Assembly (NCBI RefSeq): GCF_006345805.1
Contig: NC_043000.1
Span: 36,890,001 to 36,954,000 of the forward strand
Source: Octopus sinensis
Lineage: Eukaryota
Direction: 5' to 3'
Length of the DNA: 64,000 bases
Positions 50,931 through 61,988 of the stretch are shown one piece after another. Both the position numbers and the translations under genes were made by a program. The stretch's first letter is position 1, and each line of letters starts with the position of its first letter. The notes under the pieces are model-generated. The model was not told the DNA's origin. It made no database searches and saw only the letters and a list, made by a program, of their open reading frames with translations.

Positions 50931-51161
50931 TATTTCTTTACTACCCAAAAGGGGCTAAACACAGAGGGGACAAACAAGGACAGACAAAGGGATTAAGTCG
51001 ATTACATCGACCCCAGTGCGTAACTGGTACTTAATTTATCGACCCCGAAAGGATGAAAGGCAAAGTCGACCTCGGCGGAATTTGAACTCGGAACGTAACG
51101 CCAGACGAAATACGGCTACGCAGGTCGCCCGGCGTGCTAACGTTTCTGCCAGCTCGCCGCC
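50931..51161 (-). mobile_element. Full-length family B SINE (Tx1-type tail) with a 17-bp TSD
   Basis: TSD tatagtacaaatatata at 50914-50930 and 51162-51178; head ggcggcgagctggcagaaacg; tail gggtagtaaagaaata. Confidence 0.92.
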
Positions 51162-51719
51162 TATAGTACAAATATATAGTACACACACATACTCGCACAC
51201 AGGTGTTTTCTGTGAGCTTGCGAGCGCATGGACATATGTATGTCTGTATACGTGCGTGTACATGTATATGCAATCCCAGAATGTATTATAGTATAGCCGA
51301 ATGGTTGCAAATGTAGCTTTGCAGTAATGATTCGGAGTTTGATCGCAGTGGGTACCATCTTGGGAAATTTATTTTACGATTGTCTCGAGACAACCCAAGC
51401 CATGAGTGGATTTGGGTGGACGGAAACAAGGAGAATTGGCAGAGTGATATCGGGCGCCGGATACAATGGTTTTAGGTATTTGTATCCGTGTTTGCACTTA
51501 ATTCACAACTCACCACCAAGTACTTTGCATTTCATCCTTTCAAATGTTTCAAGAAACCAAGAACGAATGGGGGACAGAGAATTGGCGGAAATTTTACAAC
51601 GAAGGTTCGAAATTCGCAGTGAAATGTGCTGGCTCCGAACACAACTGAATGACTTTGTTTTGTTTTGACCGAAAAACTAATTATTCAATCGTTTAGCTAA
51701 TTGGTTAATATTGAATAAT

Positions 51720-52127
51720 AATAATAATAATTTCAAATTTTTGCCACAAGGGCAGCTTAGGGGAAGGGATTAAGACGATTACCTATTTAAACGACCCTTA
51801 AAAGGATGAAAGGTACAGTTGACCTCGGCGGTATTTGAACGCAGAACGTAAAGACGGACGAAATGCCGTTAAGCATTTTGGCCGGTGAGCTAACGATTCT
51901 GCCAGCTTGCAGCCATAATAATAATAATAATAATAATAATAATCCTTTCCACTAAAGGCGCCGGGCGCGATATTTTAAGGGAGGGGGATAGTCGATTACA
52001 TCAACCACCGAAAAGATAAAAGGCAAAGTCGACCTCGGCGGAATTTGAATTAAAAACGTAGCGATGGGTGAAATACCACTATGCATCTCACCCGGCGTGC
52101 TAACGTTTCTGCCAGCTCGTCGCCTTA
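51720..52127 (-). mobile_element. Two family B SINEs with alternative tails (types ii and iii)
   Basis: Copies at about 51720-51915 and 51940-52127 share head and body with 50931-51161 but have different 3' ends followed by (ATT)n. Confidence 0.8.
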
Positions 52128-52140
52128 ATAAAAGTAATGA

Positions 52141-52497
52141 TTTCTTTATTTACAACAAAGGATTTACATTAAAACAGACATTATGAACAGTACAGGACAA
52201 AACAAAGAATGTGTGTGTGTGTTGTGAGGGTTCTGCGTGGAAACAAGATTAACTCAAGGGGGGGGGGGGAAACAATGTGTAATCCTCAATAGTAAGGAGA
52301 CGTTCGAGATGGGCTGCTCATGGAGAATCCCCACAAAAACCATGGGTACCCCGACTTTGGGGGACAGGTGCCTTTCTCCAACTACAAGGGCATGCTTAGG
52401 GCAGGCCGTTCACTCGCACCGTTCTCCCCACTTTCATCCACCTTTTAGCAAACTGGCTAGAAGACAACACATCCCTCTCTACCCTTAGAACCAGCGC
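52141..52497 (-). mobile_element. Short 3' fragment of a third Tx1 subfamily
   Basis: LRVERDVLSSSQFAKRWMKVGRTVRVNG matches the Tx1 ORF2 C-terminus; ends AATAAAGAAA. Confidence 0.75.
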
Positions 52498-52499
52498 GT

Positions 52500-52727
52500 G
52501 TATTCTATTTCTTTACTACCCACAAGGGGCTAAACACAGAGGGGACAAACAAGGACAGACAAAGGGATTAAGTCGATTACATCGACCCCAGTGCATAACT
52601 GCTACTTAATTTATCGACCCCGAAAGGATGAAAGGCAAAGGCGATCTCGGCGGAATTTGAACTCAGAACGTAACGGCAGACGAAATACCGCAAAGCATTT
52701 CGCCCGTCGTGCTTAACGTTTCTGCGC
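52500..52727 (-). mobile_element. Family B SINE (Tx1-type tail)
   Basis: Near-identical to 50931-51161. Confidence 0.88.
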
Positions 52728-52898
52728 TTAATGACTCTTCCATGATAGAAGAGACAACAACATTTCGTATAATCTTAAACTATGTGTACACAGAACCATA
52801 ACAGACCTGCATGAGACCAGATATTAACAACAGGCAAAGCTTCGTTTGCAAATTATAAATTGCATTCGTTGACTTTAAACGATGGCTGAACATGAAGA

Positions 52899-52998
52899 NN
52901 NNNNNNNNNNNNNNNNNNNNNNNNNNNNNNNNNNNNNNNNNNNNNNNNNNNNNNNNNNNNNNNNNNNNNNNNNNNNNNNNNNNNNNNNNNNNNNNNNN
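52899..52998. other. Assembly gap (100 N)
   Basis: Run of n. Confidence 1.
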
Positions 52999-53238
52999 GT
53001 GTGAGTGTGTGTGAGAGAGAGAGCCTGTGTGTGTGAGAGAGAGAGAGCCTGTGTGTGTGAGAGAGAGAGAGCCTGTGTGTGTGAGAGAGAGAGAGCCTGT
53101 GTGTGTGAGAGAGAGAGAGCCTGTGTGTGTGAGAGAGAGAGAGAGCCTGTGTGTGTGAGAGAGAGAGAGCCTGTGTGTGTGAGAGAGAGAGAGCCTGTGT
53201 GTGAGAGAGTATGAGAGAGAGAGAGAGAGAGAGAGGAC

Positions 53239-53270
<32 letters not shown>

Positions 53271-53275
53271 GGGGG
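52999..53275. repeat. (GAGAGAGAGAGCCTGTGTGTGT)n minisatellite abutting the gap
   Basis: Direct reading. Confidence 0.9.
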
Positions 53276-53592
53276 ATTATATCAAATACCATACAACATA
53301 ACCTCTTGATGCATTTTAACTGTCTCCACCTCTGGAGGCTTTGTTACAATTACCAAATGGCAAATAGAAAGAACAGAGACATGGAATATGTACCGGACTC
53401 CTAAGTAGACCAGAAGAAAGATGAAAATCTCGGTTTCTCCTTGAACTCAAAGCTCGTCTACTCACAAAGTAGTGGAACCTTTTAAAGGTATACGAGAGCA
53501 AGGCGCGATGTTTAACCGAATGACAAGTTGAAATATCGCATCCCAAAGTAGAGGCAGTCCGTCCAACGAAGCTTCACACACACTTTGTGAAA

Positions 53593-55010
53593 TACAGTGT
53601 ACCCCTGCTTATTCGCGGAACTAATAATTGTTCGCGGAAACAACCGAATATTCGCGGAATCATAAATATCATCCGCGATTTTTCATGGATTTTTTTTCGT
53701 GGCAATATATACTTTTTAAGGCTAAATTAGTAATAAAAATATACCGTATTTGCCGGTTGACTGGACGCCCTTTCGCAGCTGAAGGTCCTTCTGATTAGAA
53801 TAGCTGTGCGTCACTTCGCTTGATTGCTTTTTTTATATATACAAATACACTGTATCTTGTATCTCATTCCTGCTTTCAATCAAAGCTTGCTTAATATAGA
53901 GACATCTTACACACGTTTTTTTTTTTTTTTTAAATCATCGCTACATTTGATTCTCCACATTGCTTATTTCACCAGAATAATTAAGGTCGTGAGCCAATAT
54001 ATAACCTCTTTGAAACTAGGTTACTTGCTCCCCCCCCCCACACACACACACCTCTCTTCTTTACTGTACGTAGGGATAATACAAACTAAATGTTTCAAGA
54101 CCATGATTACTTTTAACCTCTGCTCAATTTTCCATTGGTCGTATACGCATATCAGACGCAATATGAAGATTTTTTTTGTAGATTTTCTTTTGGAAAACCT
54201 GCCTTCAGTAGCTATCTCCAGTGTTTTGTTGAGTGCTCCGTTTTTCACACCGTGTTATTAAAGCCCTAAAATGCCACCCGAACGCCCTACACCTTCTAAG
54301 GCTTCTAGCAGTGAAGCCAAGCGCCATAAAAAAGGTTATAACGCTCCATGAGAAAGTGCTAGATATGTTCCAGGAAGGTAAAAGTTATGCTGCCGGAGGT
54401 AGCTATTATGTTGTCAATGAAAGCCCCATACGCTACTTAAAGAAGAACGAGGTGGTTGTGAAAGTGCCAAAAACATAACGATAACGAGAAATAAGCACTT
54501 CGTCAGGATGAAATCTGCCTTGGCATTGTGGATCAGTGGATCATGTGGATCAGTGACTGCAAGAAGAAAAACATCCCCCTGAGCTGTAACATCATCCACA
54601 AGAAAGCACGGAATTTATTCCAGCAGTTCAGAAGTGACGGAGCTGAAGGCACTGAAAAGCCGCAACCAAGACCATTGACAGCACTGGAGCACGAAGATTT
54701 TCAAACCAGCAAGGAATGGTTTGACCATTTCCAGAAACAGTTTAATATAAAGTGTGTTTCCCTGCATGGAGAGACAGCATCAGCCGATAAAGAAGCCACC
54801 GCGAAGTACCACGAGACCTTCAAGCAGAGGACAATGGATACAAACTGGAACAGGGTTTCAGTATAGACGAGACTAGCTTGATGTGGAAGAAGATACCTTC
54901 AAGAACGTACATCATGAAGGACGAAGCCGAAGCCCCAGAATCTAAGGCACAGAAGGACAGAGTAATGCTAATTACGTGTGGCAATGCTGCTGGCTTCTCT
55001 GGCTGGGACA
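53593..55010 (+). mobile_element. Tigger/pogo (TIGD1-like) DNA transposon, left part with a decayed transposase
   Basis: TA|cagtgtacccctgcttattcgcgg TIR; ATG at 54271; ITLHEKV..., MWISDCKKKNIPLS, FQTSKEWFDHFQKQF, SLHGETASAD, DETSLMWKKIPSRTYI, KDRVMLITCGNAAG. Confidence 0.88.
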
Positions 55011-56689
55011 TTTGTTTCACCTCGGGACAACCATAATTAAGCAAAATCTTAATAGAAAGCCTTTCAAGCGTGACCGTTTCATGCTTTCTTCACCACCATA
55101 TAAAAGACTACACTTTACAAATTGTCCTTCCTTTATTAATAAAACGTCTTATTTTAGATATGGCTGCTATATTCATCACATCACAGATTGACTCTTTGAT
55201 CCGTTTTGTTGCTGTTGTTGCAGCCTCTTGTCTGTTCTATGTATTGTTGTTGTTACTATTCTTATTTGATCAAACGTTGTTGTTGTTATTACTGTTACGA
55301 TCAGACACTTTGGCATCTGCTACTATCGTAGCGATGGTGGTTCTCTCCTTAGTCGCACCTGATGATCATCTTGTATTTCATATCTACTTACTTTGTTGAT
55401 TGTTCCACGTCAGCTGATCAAATAAATCTATGATCAGAGATTCCAAACGTGACCACTGCGCGTTTTCAACTTAAAACATTTTATCTAGGTTTACATCTAC
55501 CATCCAATTGTTTCAATTTTAACTTCATGGATACGAGGCTGCCATTTCTAGTAACTCCAGTGGCCACGTAATGGTAGAGGATGGTTCACGTTCTTGGGAC
55601 GCGCCCGCGCACACTCAAAGACTGGAAACTATACTGGGCAACACAGTTTTTGCTGGTATATAAGACTTGTTTTTGACCAATTAGGAGATACTGAACAATC
55701 TAACCCCATTCGTTTTCGCCCCATTACCTAAATATTTTGTTTTATTATTTACTCCCTCTCCATTTTTATAAATCATCGTTGAAAAGCACTTCGTTATAAT
55801 GGTAACCCATATTTTTGATGAGTTAAACCTCTTCTCTGGTATATTTGATAGTGAAGCTGGAAAAGAAAAGGATTGTTAAGTTGTGTAAAGAATACTCCAG
55901 CACTGTAGATGAAAATCAGGACAAAAACGTCCCCTTCATTAACCCCTCATTCGACCACTGATAATGTTGGGGACATAAATCAGTTATATTCTTTTTGATA
56001 ATTTTTATCGTGTTATTTGTAATTTTGTTTGCGCTATTTCTGATTATTCTTGAAGCTACCATGAGATAATTTTATCCTAATCTATTTTAAACAATATATA
56101 ATTGACACAGACCGGATCATTCCAGTGCAATATTTCTAATTTAAAAGGAAATAAATCGTAACATTACACTAATAAGACGGCAACGGGAACAAATGAACAT
56201 TGGTGTGAAACGGCTTTAAATGTTGCGAACCAGTTACGACTGGATTGAACCAGGTGAACCCTGTTCAAATTCTTTGAGAATCTTAATTCTACAAAATAAC
56301 ACGAGAAAAAAAAAGAAGCAAGTATGTACTTAAATAACTAATTAGAAGTGATTCGAAATGGTTTAAATCCGAAACATCAGTTTCTATTTAAAAAATGTAA
56401 AAAGCCGGAAAGCGCATGATGAAAGCTGTATTTTAATCGGATTAAGTTGAAAATAAATTCACAGTCGGTTCACTTTAAAAATCGGTTCAAACAGTTTAAA
56501 ACGCATAAAAATTGGGTTGAACGACTTAAGAATGGTTGCAACAGGTTGCAAAAGATTGAAGCAGAATTCCTTATGATTGGAATTGTTAACATCTGAAAAG
56601 GAAGAATATTTTGTAAAAATGAAAACGACCGATGATTGCATTACACTAATTAATAGAAAATTGATTCTCCACTAATGACATAAGGGAAG

Positions 56690-56885
56690 CCGTTGTTGTT
56701 AGAAAATTTTGCACAAGGCCAGCAATTTTGGGGGAGGGGATAAGTCGATTACGTCGACCCCAGGGTTCGACTGGTACTTATTTTATCGACCCTGAAATGA
56801 TGAAAGGCAAAGTGGACCACGGCAGAATTTGAACGCAGAACGCTCCCTTAAAATTGCTAGCCTTGTGCCAAAATTTATAAGGATT
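56690..56885 (-). mobile_element. Family B SINE fragment with an inverted copy of its own tail
   Basis: Minus-strand body 56700-56843, then a plus-strand tail ccccttaaaattgctagccttgtgccaaaa. Confidence 0.7.
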
Positions 56886-58064
56886 ACTATTGTCAGTATT
56901 CAAGGGCTAATTCATTATGTTGCAAAATATGTAATCGCTTCCATATACTCTGAAAAAAAAAAAAACTAGTTTTTATGGAAAGGCTTTATTCGGAGTGGAT
57001 GGGGCTTTAATGTCCCACAACACAAATACTTGCTTAGACTTGCAAAATTCAGCAAATGTCTTTTACTGGTGAGATTGAACTAGCTTCTTTACAATATTGT
57101 ATTTTAATGGAAATGGCTTAAATAAATTGGGTTCAGACTTTCGAAACTTGTCCAATACCAAGAAGAAAGAATTGTATGATACACACCATCTGTAAAGAGG
57201 AACAAAACATATTCTAGCATTGTTTCTGTATGATGAAGCTGGTATTTATCAATTTGAGAACCACCGGTTTAGACACCATGATGTAAATATGACTACTATT
57301 TCTAGCAGACCAAGTGACTGCATAGATTCTTTCTACATTTGTGACACAAAACATTCCGTTGTGTAGTTAATATTTCTATAAGAAAATTTTTAAAATACCG
57401 GGTAATATCTGATTAAGGTTTGACTCCACCAGAGCTGAGACTGGAGATAAAAAAATAAGTATTTTAAACAAAAATGAAAACAACCTATTCCGTTATAGTT
57501 GTCTGAAATATTAGATGTATTTTGCAGAAATACATTTAATATTCCAACATCTTATATTTATGTAAAATCAATTAATGCGAAAAGAAATGTTCTGGAATTT
57601 CAAATTACTTTTCATATTCATAATACAGGCGAGGATAGGCGCAGGCGTGGCTGTGTGGTAAGAAGCTTGCTTCCCAACCACATGTTTCCGGGTTCTGTCC
57701 CACTGCATGGCATCTTGGGCAAGTGTCTTCTACTATAGCCTCAGGCCCACCAAAGCTTTGTTAATGGATTTTTGTAAACGGAAACTGAAAGAAGCCCGTC
57801 AAGCCGACTAAAACATCTTCGAGATGTGCTTAGTTCATTACAAGTCTTTTTTATTCTTATCCTAAAACACATTAAAAAACTGTCATATTAAGCAACTAAA
57901 TACCTATTCTTGCCCAACCCTGAGAGAGAGAAAGAAAGTGTGTGTCCTTCACCACCGCTTTATAACAATGTTGGTGTGTTTACATCATTGTAACTTAACG
58001 TTTCGGCAAAAGATACCGATAGAGTAAGTATCCGTCTTTAAAAAAATAAGCACTAAGGTCGATT

Positions 58065-58325
58065 CATTATTTACATTTGAGGGGTATTTGTCCTCATCTT
58101 GTTTGTTTTTAACACAGCGTTTCGGCTGATATACCCATCAGCCTTCATCAGGTGTCTTGGGGAAAATTTCGAACCGAGGTCCTCATTCCTAAGGTATTTT
58201 TCAATATTATTATTATTCAGGTCGCTGCCTTGGAATCGAACTTGGAGTCTCGGGGTTAGTAGCCCGCGCTCTTAACCACTACGTCATATGCCCGTGAGCA
58301 TATAGAACTGTAATATAGAACTGTA
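58065..58325 (-). mobile_element. Full-length SINE-E: tRNA-like head, (AAT)n, body, hammerhead and 3' region
   Basis: Head 58293-58219 has A box tgacgtagtgg, loop ctactaa and B box gttcgattcc. Body matches both arms at 25360-25784. Confidence 0.88.
58111..58156 (-). ncRNA. Minimal type I hammerhead ribozyme motif (one core substitution)
   Basis: gacac-CTGATGA-a-ggctgat-gggtat-atcagcc-GAAA-cg-c-t-gtgtt: 5-bp stem I and perfect 7-bp stem II. U16.1 is C here but T in the 25438-25470 copy. Confidence 0.75.
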
Positions 58326-59214
58326 AGATCTATTTATTCGACTAAAATTCAAGGCGGTGCTCCAGCATGGCCGTAGTCTAATGACTGAAACAAGCAAAAG
58401 ATCAAAATAACAAAAAATTCCAGTATTTTCGAAGAGGGGAAAAAAATGGATATTGAACGCTTATGCATTCTTTGGTTCATTAAGGGTTGCGGTGTAACTG
58501 ATGAGGTGAATATTCCTAACAGCCACGACCGTGTTAATAACAAGACACTAACAGAAGGAGAAAAATCTATTCCAGGTCCATGTAGTTGTTAGCAGTGTAA
58601 TGTATTTTAGTGTTAATGTGGTTGGAAGAGCAGAGTGTAAGGCTCTTTAAATTACTTATTACGTTCGGTGTTGAAATCCAGCCGGGTATGCCCAAGACTA
58701 AATTCAGTTCCCCTAAATATTAAAAAAAACAAAACCTCTTTTGATAACAGTTCAAAAAGCAAAACCCTTTACGAAGTTATACAATTCGTGTTGGTCATCA
58801 GTAAATAACAAAAACTAATTCATCACGTGTATGAACACACTGAATTCTAGACTGACAAATCCTGAATGTACTTAGTAGCAAGGTTTTTGTTTTATCGAAT
58901 CTATAGTTTTGCTAAACTGACGATTTGTATAAAAAAAAAAACATTAATATAGAATGAAAAGAAAAATGGATGATCATTTTCCTTAAAACTCTAAATATCT
59001 AGCTTTGCCGGCGGCGCCTGTGCGGTTTCGCTTCACATCTGACGCTTTCTGTTTTCCAACGTTTCATTTTAAAACAAAAAATTATTGTTTATATGTTCTC
59101 ATTACGAACCTCACTGTCAATATCTATACAGATGATACGACATTTAAAATATTTTTTTAAAGTATGAGATACTAAAGATAAGTTTCCCAAGTACAGAATA
59201 TTCAACCAAAGACC

Positions 59215-59320
59215 CTAGCTTGACGAGCTTCTTTCAGTTTCCGTCTACAAAAATCCATTAACAAAGCTTTGGTGGGGCCTGAGGCTATAGTAGAAGACAC
59301 TTGCCCAATGTGCCATATTT
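59215..59320 (-). mobile_element. Family A SINE body fragment
   Basis: Reverse complement matches 57700-57800 (ttgggcaagtgtcttctactatagcctcagg). Confidence 0.8.
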
Positions 59321-59640
59321 GGATTTGGCCCAAAAGTTTGTCGACACTGAACTTGAGGCACTAACAAATAGCTAACTTCAGTCTGTCCTTTGCGCATGCG
59401 TTAGATACTTCGATGTAGCTCGATGCGAATTTGCGACGAATTAGGGGACGAAAAATAAATCGTCTGCAACAATGCGAAGCGCAAACGATCATGGAGAAAG
59501 CGTGGCGAACGACCACGAACAAGGTCTGAAGTAGAACTTTACCCAATCAAGTTTATGCTTTTAATTTTGTGGTACCAGTATGGTTGGTGAACATCGAAAT
59601 ATCAGATAGGATATTTCGGTTGTGTACAGACAGAAAACAC

Positions 59641-60210
59641 AAGGCGGCGAGCTGGCAGAAACGTTAGCACGCCGGCCGAAATGCTTAGCAGTATTTCGCT
59701 TGGCGCTACGTTCTGAGTTCAAATTCCGCCGAGGTCGACTATGCCTTTCATCCTTTCAGGGTCGATTAAATAAGTACCAGATACACACTGCGGTCGATAT
59801 AATCGACTTAATCTGTTTGTCATCTCATTGTTTAGCCCCTTGTGGGTAGTAACGAAATAGGTATTTCGTCTGTTTTACGTTCAAATTCCGCCGAGGTCGA
59901 CTTTGCCTTTCATCCTTTCAGGGTCGATTAAATAAGCACCAGTTACACACTGCGGTCGATATAATCGACTTAATCCGTTTGTCTGTCCTTGTTTGTCCTC
60001 TCTGTATTTAGCCCCTTGTGGGTAGTAAATAAATAGATATTTACGTTCTGAGTTCAAATTCTGCCAAGGTCGACTTTACCTTCCATCCTTACGGGGTCGA
60101 TAAATTAAGTACTAGTTACGCACTGGGGTCGATGTAATCGACTTAATCCCTTTGTCTGTCCTTGTTTGTCCACTCTATGTTTAACCCCTTGTGGGCAATA
60201 AAGAAATAAG
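59641..60210 (+). mobile_element. Head-to-tail array of three family B SINE units
   Basis: One full unit, then units restarting at gtatttcgtc (59861) and atattt/acgttctgag (60037). Confidence 0.9.
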
Positions 60211-60294
60211 TAAACCAACCCTATTAGTATTTAACGCATGATGGGCTGGTCCAAATCACGCGTTGTTTTCAATAGTACAGTGTTGGTAAACTCA

Positions 60295-60510
60295 AGGCAG
60301 CGAGCTGGCAGAAACGTTAGCACACCGGCGAAATGCTTAGCGGTATTTCGTCTGCCGCTACGTTCTGAGTTCAAATTCCACCGAGGACGACTTTGCCGCT
60401 GAGGTCAACTTTGTCTTTCATATTTTGGGGATCAATAATATAAAGTACCAGTGAAATATTGGGGGCAGGGATGAAATTCACTGGTCTTTTCCCCTCGAAA
60501 CTGCTGTTCT
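60295..60510 (+). mobile_element. Family B SINE, degenerate
   Basis: aaggcagcgagctggcagaaacg...gagttcaaattcc. Confidence 0.8.
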
Positions 60511-61099
60511 TGAAACCTGCAAAGGACCTCTTTCAGGAGGAAACGCCGTGATCTTTGGGTTCGAAAATAAATTTAAGGGCAAGACATGAATTTACGAAAC
60601 TTGGCAACCAGCTTGTACATTTTGGTTTAAAAGCTCATTTGGTTCCCGTATCTTCGTCCTATATTGCCTTCAGGTGTTCCATCTATCTTCTGAAAGAGCG
60701 TCTGAGTCTTTCTCCAATATCTTGAGCATGCAAGGTTCAGCTCGTCTTCTGTTATGCATCGATATTCTCACAGAACACAAAACATTTTATTGTTCTTACC
60801 GAGTCCAATTGGCTTTTATACTCTGTCAATTACCGAATTAATAACAACAAATAAACATACCGTTAAGGTTTTTAGGAGCCATCACGAAGATTTTCTTGCC
60901 CGTTCTCCTCTGGTTCATTATCACTCTTAATGACCAAGAAGTCTCGCTCTTTTCTTAACTCTCTTTTATGACAGGATTTCTAGACTGTATGATATGGGCT
61001 CTGGTATGAAGGTGCGTCGCTTAGTGGTTGAGCAATTCGGATCACAATTGTAAAGTCAGCCTTCAGTGAAGCCATGTAATGGGAGGCTATCGATTAGTA

Positions 61100-61660
61100 T
61101 CCTTTCAACAACACTCTAAACGTTGTAGTCCATGGGATTGCGATCTGGTGTTTGGAAGCCACAAGTGGAGCGCTACATGACCAGGAAGATTGTTTGACAT
61201 TCATTTTTGGGTCACGTGGGCTTTGTGAGAATGTGCTGAATTTTGGTGAAATACGTACTTCAGCCATCTAGGGTTTAACAACTGCCTCCAGCACCTCAAT
61301 ATATCTGGCATAATTAATTCTAAAACCCTACAGAAAGATGTGAGGTGACATGACACGACAGTTGTTACCAATCTTAAAACCATTTCAGGCGCTGAAATTC
61401 AGAGTGCATCACCCTGGGGAAATCAGAAGAATTTTTAAATAGTCATTTATTACTCTTCCTGCTAGACTTTTAGTCTTGGTCGAAGTTTTTTCTCATGAAA
61501 GAAGAACCAGAACCTGCCATTAATTGTGAAGGTTTTGTAACCTTCGTAAGTAACTGCTCGGTACTGATCCAACGTTTTTTCTTGTATCGAATGTCTTCAT
61601 GTACCACAGCCCTGACAGTCCACTCCAACAACTGAAATTGTTTGACGATAGTTCTCATTA
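61100..61660 (-). mobile_element. Second maT-type transposase remnant
   Basis: VRAVVHEDIRYK, FMRKNFDQD, YARYIEVLEAVVKP; similar to 33370-33960. Confidence 0.65.
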
Positions 61661-61674
61661 ATTTCCCAGCATGA

Positions 61675-61988
61675 GAGCGGCGAGCTGGCAGAACCGTTAG
61701 CACGCCGGGCGAAATGCTTAGCGGTTACGCACTGGGGTCGATATAATCGACTTAATCCGTTTGTCTGTCCTTGTTTGTCCCCTCTGTGTTTAGCCCTTTG
61801 TGGGTAGTAAAGAAATAGGTATTTTGTCTGCCGATACGTTCTCAGTTCAAATTCCGCAGAGGTCGACTTTGCCTTTCATCCTTTCAGGGGTCGATAAACT
61901 AAGCACTAGTGAAACACTGGGGTCGATGTAATCGACTAGTCTCCTCCCCAAGAATTTCAGGCCTTGTACCTATAGTAGAAAGGATTAA
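61675..61988 (+). mobile_element. Family B SINE (tail iii) with a nested 5'-truncated family B SINE (Tx1 tail) at 61724-61818
   Basis: Host head ends ...cttagcg, the insert runs gttacgc...aaagaaatag, and the host resumes gtattttgtctg. Confidence 0.88.

Larger units (their letters stand above)
57636..58410 (+). mobile_element. Family A/D SINE (head 57636-57810, 3' part 57930-58064 and 58332-58410), interrupted by SINE-E
   Basis: ggcgcaggcgtggctgtgtggtaagaagcttgc...atcttgggcaagtgtc (CORE-like); gtcgatt|...|atttattcgactaaaa; tail ggcggtgctccagcatggcc. Confidence 0.85.

Noticed and set aside
52780-53292. 170-aa ORF
   Set aside because: It runs through the N gap and a minisatellite.
58219-58293. 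tRNA gene call for the SINE-E head (and other SINE heads)
   Set aside because: The acceptor and T stems do not pair properly and each head is fused to a repeat body; these are tRNA-derived SINE heads.
58498-58530. CTGATGAG followed by a short stem
   Set aside because: No GAAA and no stems I or III; not a hammerhead.
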